Shown: positions 36,700 to 49,459 of the stretch, in pieces
Numbering within the stretch: the stretch's first letter is position 1
Layout of the letters: each line of letters starts with the position of its first letter
From: Octopus sinensis
Lineage: Eukaryota
DNA length: 64,000 bases
Direction: 5' to 3'
NCBI RefSeq assembly: GCF_006345805.1
Contig: NC_043021.1
Location: forward strand, 2,170,001-2,234,000
Made by a program: the position numbers and the translations under genes
Notes under the pieces: model-generated
Seen by the model: only the letters and a program-made list of their open reading frames with translations
Databases searched by the model: none
Told to the model about the DNA's origin: nothing

Positions 36700-36910
36700 C
36701 ATTTTGAGTCTGTCACAGGTGAGCTGCAAGATGCAGGAGGAAAGAGTGAGAGAAAGTTGTGGCAAAAGAGTTGGCAGAGGTTTGCCATTACCTTCTGCCA
36801 GAGCCAAGTGGATCTTGGGTGTTTTGCTCATAAACAAACACATTGCCCAGTCTGAGATTCGAACCCGCGATCCCTCAACTGAGTCTGCATCTCTAACCAC
36901 TAGGCATTGT
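36700..36910 (-). mobile_element. tRNA-derived SINE family I, partial
   Basis: gagctgcaagatgcaggaggaaagagtgagagaaag...gagattcgaacccgcgatccctc. Confidence 0.7.
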
Positions 36911-37274
36911 TGTGAAACAACCCTTTTGACCACTTGTTAGTTTAAGTGAACTCTGTCTCACTCTCATCTTACTCTTTCACACACACACACACACACACTA
37001 ACGTACATTCTCACAAATTTTATTCAGCCTTGTCTAGATTGGTGATTTTCAACTGGAGTCCATATGATCCCTCAGGGATCCACATATGATTTTTGAGGGT
37101 TCATGCAAGCAAAATAGTCAATTGGGGGAATCCACAATAATCCATTAAGTAAGGATCCATGAAAAAGTTTTACTTTAGCTGTATCTATCGCAAGGAACAT
37201 CTAGATTTCTTTCCCAACCACATCACACAGTTCAACCTACACAAGTTTGTAAATGTTTGTTTTGTTTGTTTGTT

Positions 37275-37559
37275 CCTTCTTGAGCCACACCTGGCTCATT
37301 AGGGCCGGTTTCCTTAGCGTATAGGTTCCCCACCTGGATAGGACACCAGTCCATCGCTGGTGAGCTGCAAGATGCAGGAGGAAAGAGTGAGAGAAAGTTG
37401 TGGCGAAAGATTCAGCAGAAGTTTGCCATTACCTTCTGCCGGGGCCGCGTGGAGCTTAGGCATTTCGCTCATAAACACACACATCGCCCTGTCTGAAATT
37501 CGAACCCGCAATCCCTCGACTGCGAGTCCACTTCTCTAACCACTAGGCCATGTGTCTCC
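37275..37559 (-). mobile_element. tRNA-derived SINE family I, full length
   Basis: Minus-strand head ggagacacatggcctagtggttagag...gggttcgaatttc; (ACAA)n-like tail. Confidence 0.8.
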
Positions 37560-38092
37560 AAGAAACTTGGCTGACCATGTCTTAAGCAAATGCTGATCTC
37601 TCCGGCATCATTTTTTTTGAGAAGCCGGCCACATGTCATGGCTGATCATCTAGTGGTGGTGGGGTGGGGTGGGGGCACTCTACCAAAAATTCAAGATAAT
37701 TTTTCATTAGATGTATCACTGAGAAAGTCCTGCAGGCTGCAGTTTGCCCACGACGAACCTAAATTGTGTATGATGTTGGTGCCATGGTTCTACTCGAAGT
37801 GGATGCTGTGTTTGAGCTCATCTCCTCAAAAGGTGGAGATTTCCTCCATGTTGGATTGCCAAACTGTGGATGCCATTTTCTTGCCATGGCAGTGTGGACC
37901 GTTGGAATCAACATCAACCCCGAAGGTGGCCAGTACTTGGGTGCTTTTCTGCTGTGAGCGATGTCAGTACCAGGCCCGGCTGGATATCCTTGCTCTGTGC
38001 AGTGTATGCTTTTGATGTCAGATGCAGCTTGAGTTGCTGTTTGTGCCATCCATTCACGTTTGAGATATCCTGTATGTGGGATAAATGCTTTC

Positions 38093-38330
38093 CTTATTTC
38101 TTTATTGCCCACAAGGGGGCTAAAGATAGAGGGGACAAACAAGGACAGACAAAGGGATTAAGTCGATTACATCAACCCCAGTGCGTAACTGGTACTTAAT
38201 TTAATCAACCCCCGAAACGATGAAAGGCAAAGTCGACCTCGGCGGAGTTTGAACTCGGAACATAAAGACAGACAAAATACTGCTCAGCATTTCGCACAGT
38301 GTGCTAACGTTTCTGCCAGCTTGCCGCCCT
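38093..38330 (-). mobile_element. SINE family C, full length, carrying a single copy of the 32-bp minisatellite unit
   Basis: gggggctaaagatagaggggacaaacaaggacagacaaag at about 38115-38155. Confidence 0.8.
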
Positions 38331-38806
38331 TTCCTTATAAATACTTACCTTATCATATGAAATACTCTGCCTTTGTTTTAATTAAGTTTATTAAGTTGGG
38401 ATTTGGAACATAAATTAACTTGAAATTTTAATTGGATGTTTTAATTTGAATAACTTTAATATTATCTGTAGCAGAGATTAGCCCAGTCTCATGCTAGAGG
38501 CTGTTGCTTGGCTGCACGGATCACAACCAATGAAACATTACCAATGGTTGAAAGCTGCATATAAGCATCACTGGGGTATCACAACATAACCAGAAGGTCG
38601 CATACAGTAAGCATCTCTGGGATTCTACGGTTTGTCTGTGAGCTATGCATATATGCACCACTGGGATTTCTATCTATTTAGATTGTCCCTCATAGCTATA
38701 AACGAAAGAGACTTCTTTGTGGTATGTTTAGAGTTAAAATAATGGAAATTTGTATCGTTGAACCAGGGTGGTCTGAAGTGGGTCGGTTATAAAAGGGGTC
38801 AAACAA

Positions 38807-39140
38807 TCATCATCATCGTTTAACGTCTGCTTTCCATGCTAGCATGGGTTGGACGATTTGACTGAGGACTGGCGAACCAGATGGCTGTACCAGGCTCCAA
38901 TCTTGATCTAGCAGAGTTTCTACAGCTGGATGCCATTCCTAACGCCAACCACTCCGGGTGTGTAGTGGGTGCTTTTACGTGTCACCGGCACGAGGGCCAG
39001 TCTGGCGGTTTCTGGCAACGGCCACACTTGAAATGGTGTTTTTTACGTGCCATCTGCACAGGAGCCAGTCCAATGGCACTGGCAACGACCTCGCTCAAAT
39101 GTTTTGTTCACGTGCCAGTAAAGCAACGCTGGTAACAATG
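38807..39140 (-). mobile_element. RTE-type 3'-end element (family B)
   Basis: (CAT)n tail and family body. Confidence 0.75.
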
Positions 39141-39390
39141 CTAATGAGAATGGCCATTCTTTCCTTACTCTCACAGGAGAATTGAAGTGGGTCTTTTTTT
39201 CCTTTCCTGAGTCTGGTACCATTAGTTTCAGATGCTACCTCAGCTGTGTGTGTGTGTGTGCTCTACTACAGTATCTGTTGTTTATGCTGCGAAATGACCA
39301 AATCTAGGTTAGGATTAGGTTTAAGGCAGTGGTTCTCAACTAGGGCCCCATATGACTCTTGTGGGACCATTGCTTACACTTCCACAATAC

Positions 39391-39763
39391 ACTCTCTTTT
39401 ACTCTTTTCAGGCATTTGACTGTGGCCATGCTGGAGCACCGCCCATAGTCGAGCAAATCGACCCCAGGACTTATTCTATCGGTCTCTTTTGCCAAACTGC
39501 TAAGTTACAGGGGGACGTAAACACACCAGCATCGATTGTCAAGCGATGTTGTGGGGACAAACACAGACACACATACACATACATATATATATATATATAA
39601 TATATGACGGGTTTCTCTCAGTTTCCGTCTTCCAAATCCACTCACAAGGCTTTGGTTGGCTTGAGGCTATAGTAGAAGACACTTGCCCAAGGTGTCACGC
39701 AGTGGGACTGAACCCGGAACCATGTGGTTGGTAAGCAAGCTACTTACCACACAGCCACGCCTG
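39391..39763 (-). mobile_element. SINE family A
   Basis: Head and tail present. Confidence 0.8.
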
Positions 39764-40166
39764 TACCCATTACTAAGAAGTATTACCGGTCCCTGCTGGT
39801 ATGCCACAACAGTTTGAGAAGCACTGTTCTAGAGTATTCATCTCTTGAAGAATACAGGCAAATTTGCTTTGCTATACAGAAATTGTCAAAGGATTTCTTA
39901 CAGTTCAAGACACCATTTGTAACCACCATTTCATTGTATGGTGGAACTGTTTAATGCCTTTTGATACAAAAGTTTTACATTTGTCATTGGGTTTTTTTTT
40001 TGTGTGTGCTTGAGATTGTGGTGAATGTCCTGGCTCTCAGCTGTGACAAAGGTGTGGAGTTTTTGTGTGTGTAAATACACACATACACACATGTGATCTG
40101 AATATGTCTGTTCAACTACATTTCCCAAGTAGAATATTTTATTCGACCGCAACCTGACGATAGGTG

Positions 40167-40560
40167 CAGGTGTGGCTGGGTGATTAAAAAAAAAGCTTGC
40201 TTTTCAAAGACATGGTTCCAGGTTCAGTCTCACTGCGTGGCACCTTGGCCGAGTGTCTTCTACAATAGCCTTGGGCCGACCAAAGCCTTGTGATCGAATT
40301 TGGTAGATGGAAACTGAAAAGAAGCCCGTTATACTTATGTATAGATGGATGTATATGTGTATTTGCTTGTACCCACCACCACTGTTTCATAACCGGTGCC
40401 GGTTTGTTTACGTACTCGTAACCAAGTAAAAAGAAACAAAGAAGACAAGAGGAGGACCTGGTTGAAAACGGGAAAATAAGTGCTAGGGTCAATTCGTTTG
40501 GCGAAAGCCTTCAATGCACTGCTCCAGCATTGCCGCTGCCCGTGGCTGGAACAAGTAAAT
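40167..40560 (+). mobile_element. SINE family A, diverged
   Basis: Head and tail recognisable. Confidence 0.65.
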
Positions 40561-41007
40561 GTCAAAACGATTCGTGCCTGTATGTGTTTATTATAAGTGT
40601 ATTTAAAGGAATATATATATTTCCCGAGAAAATTAATTTTATTGTCACCTACCAACTATTTCCCACTCGTCCACAACCTACATGTAAAACACATCACAAG
40701 TTTCCTCACTTGCTCAGTAAAAGCCTGCACTCTCACTTAAGTAGAACTTTAATTCACTCAGTCGTATGTCGTGTTGGGTCTGATCTCGTACCGATAAGTC
40801 AACTGGCGGCAGCAATTATTTAGTTATTTTAAAATAAGGGTGTTTTTATACAGGGCGAAGTATTGTTTTTTATGAAAGTTTTTGTGTGATTTAGTTGGTT
40901 GGTATGGCGAAAGATTTGCGGTACTTATGTGCTGTGTGTGACCCATGTCCATTAAGTACATGCGTGTTCAAATACACCACATTTCTATTTAATTTCCTAC
41001 AGGTATA

Positions 41008-41222
41008 AGGGCGGCGAGATGGCACAATCGTTAGTTAAGGTCGGGTAAAATGCCTAGCGGCGTTTCGTCCGTCTTTGCGTTCTGAGTTCAAATCCTACCG
41101 GGGTCTTTGCTTTTCGTCCTTTCGGGGGTCGATAAAATATGTACCAGTCGAGCACTGGGGTCGATGTAGTCGACTTACTCTCTACCCTGAAATTGCTGGC
41201 CTCGTGCCAAAATTTGAAACCG
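41008..41222 (+). mobile_element. SINE family C
   Basis: aagggcggcgagatggcacaatcgttag...gagttcaaatcc. Confidence 0.7.
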
Positions 41223-41242
41223 ATTTCCTATAGATACAGGTG

Positions 41243-41600
41243 CAGACGTGGTTGTGTGGTTAAGAAACCTGCCTACCAACCAGGTGGTCTTGGGTTCAGT
41301 CCCACTGTACGGCACTTTGGACAATGTATCGGTATTAGTATATGGCGTTAGTCATGAATGTATGTGTGTGTGTTCCGCTCTGGAGGAAACAGTCACACAC
41401 TCATGACGTCATAGACTTCTACCGAAAGATTGCTGAATTTGGTGGACAGAAACTGACAGAAGTCTGTTGTTGCGTGTATCTTTGTATTTGTTCCCAACCG
41501 TTTGAAAACTGGTGTTGGTTTGTTTACGTCTTCGTAACTTGACTAAAGAGCCCTTCGAGATGGTGCTCCAGCCAGGGCTGCAGTCCAGTGACAACAGCAA
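41243..41600 (+). mobile_element. SINE family A, diverged
   Basis: Family head and tail recognisable. Confidence 0.6.
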
Positions 41601-41944
41601 CTGATATATGTGTGTATGGAAAGAAAGAGAGAGAGACGATGATGATGATGATGAATGCGAGAGCCAGCAGTGAGATATTTCCCTTGTCTGTCTCTCTGAA
41701 AGAAGAAAGAAAGACACTGTCTTAAAAGCTTTCATGTAGTGATGATGATGATGATGATGATGATGTCTGGCTTAGATTCTTTCTCTCGTCCTCATCTCTC
41801 CATCTTTCTTCATTCGTTCTGTCACCACTTCTCCATCCTTAGTCAGCTCCAGCAACAGAGAAACTTATTTTAACACGGAATAGATTCTGTTTTAACTTAA
41901 ACACTCACACACGTATATATATGATGTGTGTATATTATCTTTAT

Positions 41945-41977
<33 letters not shown>

Positions 41978-42285
41978 CACACATATATATATATGTGTGT
42001 GTGTAACTATAATATTGGTTTATGGAGAAACATGGTAGTCATGTGCTTGGGTTTTTTTAAAAATATTTTGGATGGACGTAAATAAGTTGAGTTTCACTTG
42101 CAAAGATTGAAGTCACACTCGGCAGACGAGTGCAGGCAGGACTCTCTCTCTCCCTCTTTCCCTCCCCTCTCTCTCTCTATCTATATATATATATATATCA
42201 ATGTATGTAAATGTGTGTGTTTGTATACAGTGTGATGTATGTTGCGTACGTTTTGTGTATGTGCGTGTATATATGTATATATATA

Positions 42286-42468
42286 CGAGGAGGTGATGGA
42301 AAGTTCCTGGCCTTAAGGGTCTCGCGAAAGGCTTGATTTGTGGCCCAACCTTCTGAGTTCTTTCACAGGGCTTAGAAAACCCGAAGGACCACTGCAATGA
42401 GTGTGTGAATCTGAGCGGGGACTATGTTGAATAGAATCATAAGCCAGGAACTTTTCAGCAGTCCTTCG
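42286..42468 (+). mobile_element. Mariner-derived MITE retaining the transposase C-terminal codons
   Basis: Left end TA|cgaggaggtgatggaaagttcctggc; right end gccaggaacttttcagcagtccttcg; internal QGLENPKDHCNECVNLSGDYVE* resembles the mariner C-terminus. Confidence 0.75.
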
Positions 42469-43034
42469 TGTGTATATGTGTATATATATAAATAAACGTG
42501 CGCACGCACACACACACACACACACTCCCTCCCTCCCTCTCTCCGTGTTGCTATTCTGTTCGATATTAGTAAAACTAAGAAAGTATTTTATCGATAATCA
42601 GTGGATTCGTAAGTGACTGATGTCATCAGTCACGGGAAACGTGATGTTGTTTATGAAGTTGATGCGTTTACCCTATCAGCAACGGCTCTTCCTTCCAACC
42701 GTGACCATCCATCTTACTGGCTTTATTTTATATTTTTCCAAACAGTACGCTTGCACCTCTGTCGTCTCAATACAATATATCCCTCACCCCCCCTTATTCT
42801 TCTTTTATTTTATTTTGAATTCTATCATTGAAATCGTTGCGTGTGATTTGAGGTGGTGGGGGTGAGGGGTGCGATGTGGTTGCTATTTCTAGCAGGTGGA
42901 ACTACCGCATAGGGAAAGACGTTTTCGTGGGTGGGGACTATGACTGATTGTTTTTGTTGCTTAGAGCCCTGAGATCCAGCAAATCTATGCTCAAAGACAA
43001 TCCGATCGTGATCATCCTGTCATTGTTATTATTA

Positions 43035-43813
43035 TTATTGAAGGCCGAACGCCAGTCACTACGTTCTGAGTTCAAATTCCGATGAGGTCGACTTCATCTG
43101 TCATCCTTTCGGGGCCAATAAAATAAGTACCAATTGCTGCACTTGTGGAAAAATTTGAAACCATTATTATATATTTTATTATTATTATTATTATCATCGT
43201 TATAGTAGTGAGCTGGCAGTGTAGTTAGTACATGTCGGGCAAAATGTTTGGCAGTATTTCACCCGTCTTTACACTCTGAGTTCAAATTCTGCAAAGGTGG
43301 CAATAAAATAAGTACCAGTCAAGCAGTGGGTTCAATACAATCAACTTAAACTCTCCCCTTAACTTGCTGGCCTTGTGCCAAAATTTGAAACCATTATTAT
43401 TATTATTATTATATCATCGTTATAGTAGTGAGCTGGCAGTGTAGTTAGTACATGTCGGGCAAAATGTTTGGCAGTATTTCACCCGTCTTTACACTCTGAG
43501 TTCAAATTCTGCAAAGGTGGCAATAAAATAAGTACCAGTCAAGCAGTGGGTTCAATACAATCAACTTAAACTCTCCCCTTAACTTGCTGGCCTTGTGCCA
43601 AAATTTGAAACCATTATTATTATTATTATTATTATTATTAAGGTAGTGGCAAAATGCTCAACAGCATTTTGCCTGCTTTCATATTCTGAGTTCAAATTCT
43701 GATGGGGTTGACTTAGCCTGTCTTTCTTTAGTGGGTCAATGAAATGGATACCAGTCAGGTACTGGGGTCAATATAATTGATTAATCCCTTCTCTCCGAAT
43801 TGGCAGGCCTTGA
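43035..43813 (+). repeat. Head-to-tail cluster of four C-type SINEs with (TTA)n tails, including an identical 220-bp tandem duplication
   Basis: tatagtagtgagctgg at 43201 and 43421; the two units are identical apart from tail length. Confidence 0.8.
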
Positions 43814-44020
43814 AGGAGAGGAGCTTTCTCCGTCCGGGTTGCGGATCCGTGGAACAAGCTGCCAGACGAGATGGTGAAGATGCCGACAACCGCTTTGTTC
43901 AAAGCCTCCCTTGACCTCAAGTGGCCTGAACTCTTTACATGAACACCACCCTGTACTTAACTCCATGTCCCCCTACATGGCCTTGCTATTTGCTTTTGAG
44001 CCAAATTAACTAACTAACTA
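43814..44020 (+). mobile_element. CR1/L2-clade LINE 3' end (ORF2 C-terminus, 3' UTR, (TAAC)n tail)
   Basis: GAFSVRVADPWNKLPDEMVKMPTTALFKASLDLKWPELFT* (stop at 43940-43942) fits the CR1 FSxRVxxxWNxLP...FKxxLD motif. Confidence 0.85.
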
Positions 44021-44049
44021 GTAGAAAGGATTATCATTGTCAGATAGGT

Positions 44050-44372
44050 GCATGCATGGCTGTGTGGTTAAGGAGCTTGTTTCCCAGCCATGTGGTTATG
44101 GGTTCATTCCCACTGCACAGCACCTTGGGCAAGTGTCTTCTAGAGTCTCGGGTTGACCAAAGCCTTATGAATGGATTTGGTTGATGGAAACCAAAAGAAG
44201 CCTGTTGTTTGTCCCCTCACTTGGTAACCAGTTTGTTTACGTCCCCATAACTTAGTTGCCTGACAAAAGAGAACAACAGAATAAGTAGCAGACTTTAAGA
44301 GAAGTACTGGGGTTGGTTTAGGTGATGCCCCAGCATGGCCACAGTCTGATGACTAAAACAAGAAGACTAAAG
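44050..44372 (+). mobile_element. SINE family A, diverged
   Basis: Family head and tail recognisable. Confidence 0.65.
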
Positions 44373-45282
44373 ATGAACGGAAAATAGTATATGGTAGACA
44401 CAGCAATGTATGGTTTTTGTTTTTTTGCAAGAAGATTTTGGCTGTTATGTCTAGCAGGTCTGGTGACTGCATAGTTGCACCTTAATTGGCTTGTAGCAAT
44501 TAGTGTGCAATTAGTGTTGATATATTTAAATACAGTGGCATTTAGAAGTTAATTAGAAATAATTATGTGATGGGGGGAAGGGAGGAAAATGACTGTATCA
44601 GCATTTGCTCTGAGATCTTGCAGACCCTATGATCAAAGACATTCCAACCGTGACTCTCCCATTTATTTTAGACAGTGTGTCTAGGTCTCCATTATCTAAT
44701 GTATCCTTCCTTTGTTTTTTCTTTCTTTTGGTCAGCGGGTAAGGTTTGGCTGCTATTTCAAGCAGATCATAGTGGCTAGAATCTTTTTTGTTTTTGGTCC
44801 TAGATCAGTCGTGAGACCTGGACATTCCACTCATATGCATTCTATCTAAGTGTATCTAAGTGTCTAGTATACAATGTATCCTTCATTTTATGACTTTAGT
44901 GTGGATTTGGAAGTTATTTCCAATAAATTTTCATGGCTATAGCTGTCAATTTCTCAGTCTTGGAATCGGAGATTAGTCCAAAAATTAACAGATCTACAAC
45001 CCTTTTGTTACCGTATTTCTCTCTAAATTCTCTGCCTGTGTTTCAGTTCATTTCAAAAATAACGAAGGAAAATTCCTTTGTTATTAAACTGGTATTGGAA
45101 ACGTATATTAACATGAATTTTCAATGGAAGATTTTAATTTGGAATACTTAAAAGCAAGAAGTTTATATCATAGATTCAGGGTTGGTCTCGGATGGATTTG
45201 TATTAAAAAGCTTTACAAAATCCACTCTTGTATTTGAGTTTCTTGAAAAACACATTCATAGACACGGCTGTGTGGTAAGAAG

Positions 45283-45557
45283 CCATGCTCATAGGGTCGG
45301 TTTCCCGGTTTCCTTGGCATATAGGTTCCCCATCTTGACGGGACGCAGGTCCGTCGCAGTTGAGCTGCAAGATGCAGTAGGAAGGAGTGAGAGAAAGTTG
45401 TGGCGAAAGAGTCAGCAGAAGTTCGCCATTACCTTCTGCCGGAGCCACGTGGAGCTTAGGTGTTTTTCTCATAAACACACACATTGCCCGGTCTGAGATT
45501 CGAACCCATGATCCCTCGACCACGAGTCTGCTGCTCTTCACTAGGCCATGTGCCTCC
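45283..45557 (-). mobile_element. SINE family I
   Basis: Aligns to 37275-37559. Confidence 0.75.
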
Positions 45558-45559
45558 AC

Positions 45560-46048
45560 TAATGCAGGATTAATTCAAATTAATGTGAATAAATAGGTAT
45601 TACATTTGACAGAGTAATTTGAATGGTAAAGCATTTTAAACTAGCCATATTTGGCCCAAATATTCTTGTTTCAAGCTCAAATCAGCCAGATCCAGCCTTT
45701 CACACCTACTCTACAATGTCATTCCAAAAATAAACGATCGCATAATGGAAATCTCAAAGCTGTAAGATAATACATTCTTAACTGAAAACAAAGTGAATAA
45801 ATTCGGATTACATTTGACAGAGCAATCTGAATGCTAAAGGGTTAAACCAGCCATGTCTGGCCCAAATCATCAAGCCTGTTTTACGTTCAAACCAGCCAGA
45901 TCCAGCCTCTCTCACTTACCTGACAATGTCATTCTTAGATTAAACAATCACATCATTGGAATCTCTTAGCTATAAGATAATGCAAGATTAATTCTGTAAA
46001 TAAACAAGCAGGACATTTAATAGTAATCTGAATGCTAAACGATTAATT
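45560..46048 (-). mobile_element. Tandem run of family F MITE copies (about 2.4 units)
   Basis: ctgaatgctaaag end motif recurs near 45625, 45835 and 46035. Confidence 0.65.
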
Positions 46049-46867
46049 GTAACAAAGATATTTTATTGTTTTACTGAAATACTCATTTAGTTTTCCAGAA
46101 TTAACGGAAATGAAGGTGGGGCCAATTGAATAGATATTTGGTAACAAAAGAGTTGACTTTCTAAAGCAGTTTTTTTTTTTATTAAACTTTCCACACCGAA
46201 AGTGAATCCATCATGTTTTATATGACCTCCACTGCACCAGTTTTTATTTTATATTTTTTAATATTTCTGTTATTTAATTCCCTCAGTGCAACATGAAGTG
46301 AAAAAAATAAATTGATAACTGTAGGATTAGAAGCTTCCTTGTCGGTTCAACGTAAGTTAATATACAGTATGTGATGATGGCGGCAACGGTGGTGGTGGTG
46401 GTGGTGGTGGTGGTAAAGGTCTTGGTGTGCAGAGCTATTGACCCAGTTTGGAATGAATACGTCCTTGAGAGCCAAGTCGGTGCTTCAGAGACAAGCTGTA
46501 TTCAACAGCTTGCTGCAGGATGGGCTTTAAGTAAGCCGCCATATCCTGGATTTCACTTCCACGAAGAAGACACAGAGGCTCTTTTATTGGTGACTGCATC
46601 ACGATCCAGTAACACTTGATAAAAAAATCAAACAAAAACATCCATTTTGCTTTCAGATGTATGTGTGTGTGTGTGATTCTTTTACTTGTTTCAGTCATTT
46701 GACTGCGGCCATGTTGGAGCATTGCCTTAAAGGGTCTTTAGTTGAAGAAATCAACCCCAGCTAGTACTTACTGTATTGGCCTCTTTTACCAAACCACTAC
46801 ATTACTGGGACATAAAAACACCAACATCGGTTGTCAAGTGATGGTGGGGGACATATACATATATATT

Positions 46868-47030
46868 TTATTTCTTTATTGCCCACAAGGGGCGAAACAC
46901 AGAGGGTACAAACAAGGACAGACAAAGGGATTATGTCGATTACATCGACCCCAGTGCGTAACTGGTACTTAATTTATTGACCCCGATGATAGGCAAAGTC
47001 AACCTCGGCGGGATTTGAACTCAGAACGTA
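46868..47030 (-). mobile_element. SINE family C, 5'-truncated, single tail unit
   Basis: aaggggcgaaacacagagggtacaaacaaggacagacaaag. Confidence 0.7.
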
Positions 47031-48547
47031 AAAGAAGCCCATCGTATATATCTATATGTACGTGTGTATATGGGTTTGTGTGTCTGTGTTTGTCCTTGAC
47101 AACCGATGCTGGTGTGTTTACGTCCCCCGTAAAATAGCAGTTCGGCAAAAGAGACCAATAGAATAAGTACTGGGCTTACAAAGAATAAGTCCTGAGGTCG
47201 ATTTGCTCGACTAAAGGTGGTGCTCCAGCATGGCCACAGTAAAATGACTGAAACGAGTAAAAAGAGTAAAGATATGATGAAATAGTTTCATTGTTAGATT
47301 TTACTAACCTACAAACGAATATTTTATTTCAAAAATTTACATGTGCATATATGGGGTCCACAGATGCTAAGGTAGCTGCTCTCAGGGGGTCCACAAGCAA
47401 AATAAGGTTGAAAAACCCCTGTTTTAAATAATGTGTCCATGAAATGATATTTGTCACTGGATTGGAGTACGTTATTTGTTGATCCCACCTTAACAAAATT
47501 GTAAACTCTGCGCGTGTGTTGAACCTGAAACTGCAGGTTTGCAAAATGAACTTGTTAACCACATAGCCATGCTTGTACCCCATCATAAAAATCACGGATG
47601 ACATTCCAGTCATAGCTGGATAATTGAGTCTAGGACTGTTTTAATCTAGCAGACAAAAGATTCCTACCATGACCATCCCATCTTTATCATTATTATTATT
47701 TTTTTGAAACAGTGTATTTATGCCTACATCATCCGTGTTCTTCTGCTTTTAATAGGGCTGTGATATGAGATAGTTGACTGTTATTTTTAGCAAGTCGACC
47801 AGTAGTCCATAGAGTCTCGCTTTGCTGGCTTGTGTAGGCCAGGATGGTAGTGTGTGGGTGGGTAGATTTTAGTCATGGTGGGTAGGTGTGACCTAATTGA
47901 TGAGCCAGGAAGGTGTGTCTTCAATCTTGCATGATAGTGGGTGGAATCAAAGGTGTGTTGATGTAATGAATGGCGTAGTTAGTCACATGGGGTAGTCAAG
48001 AAGGTGTGTGTGTGGTTGTTTGAATGGAAGGACCTTTTACAGTTAAGTATGACCTGCCAGAAACATTCTAAGCATATTTAAGGTAGTGGAGGAGGAGGAG
48101 GTGGTGGTGGTGGGTGGGAAGAATTAAAAATAGAGAAGGGGGTGGAGGTGAATGGCAATTTTGTTGGGGTGGGGTGGGGTTGTTTCGTTTTTACTATCAA
48201 ATATGGGAATGATTTTCTTGGAAAATGAAAAGTTCCGTTTGTGAATCAGGATGTGACATTGTGATGATGGGACGAAGTGAAAGTGCGGGGTGGGTGGGTG
48301 GGTGAGTGCATGGTTGTTGCCATGGTTTTAGTGGTGTGATTCAAAGTCGTAATATTAGTTAGCGTAGCAGTATCTAGAATTATGATGTAATGCTGTGTTG
48401 TGGAATGTAGCCGTGTGGTAAGAAGTTCACTTCTCAACCACACAGTTCCAGGTTCAGTCCCACTCTGGCACATCAGGCAAGCATCTTCTACCATAGTTCT
48501 TTTTTTCTTTATTGCTCACAAGGGGCTAAACATAGAGGGGACAAAAA

Positions 48548-48920
48548 GTGAAGGCACATGGCTTAGCGGTTAGGGTATTCGGCTCGCAATGATAAGGTCA
48601 AAAGTTCAATTCCTAGTGGCATGTTGTGTCCTTGAGCACTCCATGGAGACCCATACAATTAACATAGTTCTCAGGGAACTTCAGCATGACACAGTGTGTG
48701 ACCAGGCTGGCCCTTTGAAATGCAGCTACTACATTTTTTGCCAGAACATGAAATAAAGTGTACCTGTATTTCAAAGGGGCCAGCCTTGTCATATTCTGTA
48801 TCTCGTTGAACTTCCCTAGGAACTACATTAAGAGCACATGTGTCTGTGGAATACTCAGCCACTTGCATATTAATTTCAGGAACAGGCTGTTCTGTTGACT
48901 GGATTAACTGGAACCTTCAT
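48548..48920 (+). mobile_element. SINE family D with internal inversion and duplication
   Basis: Forward head to 48638, inverted body 48634-48760, forward body 48759-48920. Confidence 0.65.
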
Positions 48921-48947
48921 TGCAAGTTATTGTACTTTTATAATTAA

Positions 48948-49355
48948 CCCTTTTGATACCAACCTGGCTGAAACCACTTCTGGCTCTGTCGTACAAATGT
49001 CTTGTTTCAATACGTTTTGAATTAAAATCTTCCACCAAACCTTAGTCACAGTTTATGTTCCTAACACCAACTTAATGATAACCAAGTCATTTTACTAAAT
49101 CCTTTGTTATATTTAACCCTTTAGTGTTCACATTATTCTGCCAAAATTAATGCTTCTTTATCCACATTGTTTTGAACTAATCATGCATTATCTTGTAGCT
49201 ATGAGATTTTGATGAGGTAGCTGTTAACTTTTAAAACGATATTGTAGGGTTGGTGTAAGAGACCAGATCTGGCCAGTTTGAACATAAAATAGGCAGATGC
49301 TAAAGGGTTAAAATTAATTGAAAGAAACACAGAACATCTCAAAAGAAATACAGTA
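48948..49355 (+). mobile_element. TTAA-type MITE family G, interrupted by a family F MITE
   Basis: TTAA|cccttttgatacc start; both halves align to the uninterrupted copy at 53398-53588. Confidence 0.65.
49117..49307 (+). mobile_element. Complete piggyBac-like MITE family F with TTAA duplication
   Basis: TTAA|CCCTTTAG...CTAAAGGG|TTAA (TTAA at 49113-49116 and 49308-49311). Confidence 0.8.
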
Positions 49356-49459
49356 AAATACAGGACTGTGTTACTAGGAATTGTATAAACAAAATTAAGA
49401 TGTTTTAGGTGTTGTAGAACTGTAGACAATTCAATGCACATAAATTTTAGCAACAAAAT

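Noticed and set aside
37840-37960. RAG1/Chapaev-like FGVDV motif on the minus strand
   Set aside because: The required HP...CxxC residues are absent and the frame has stops; too weak.
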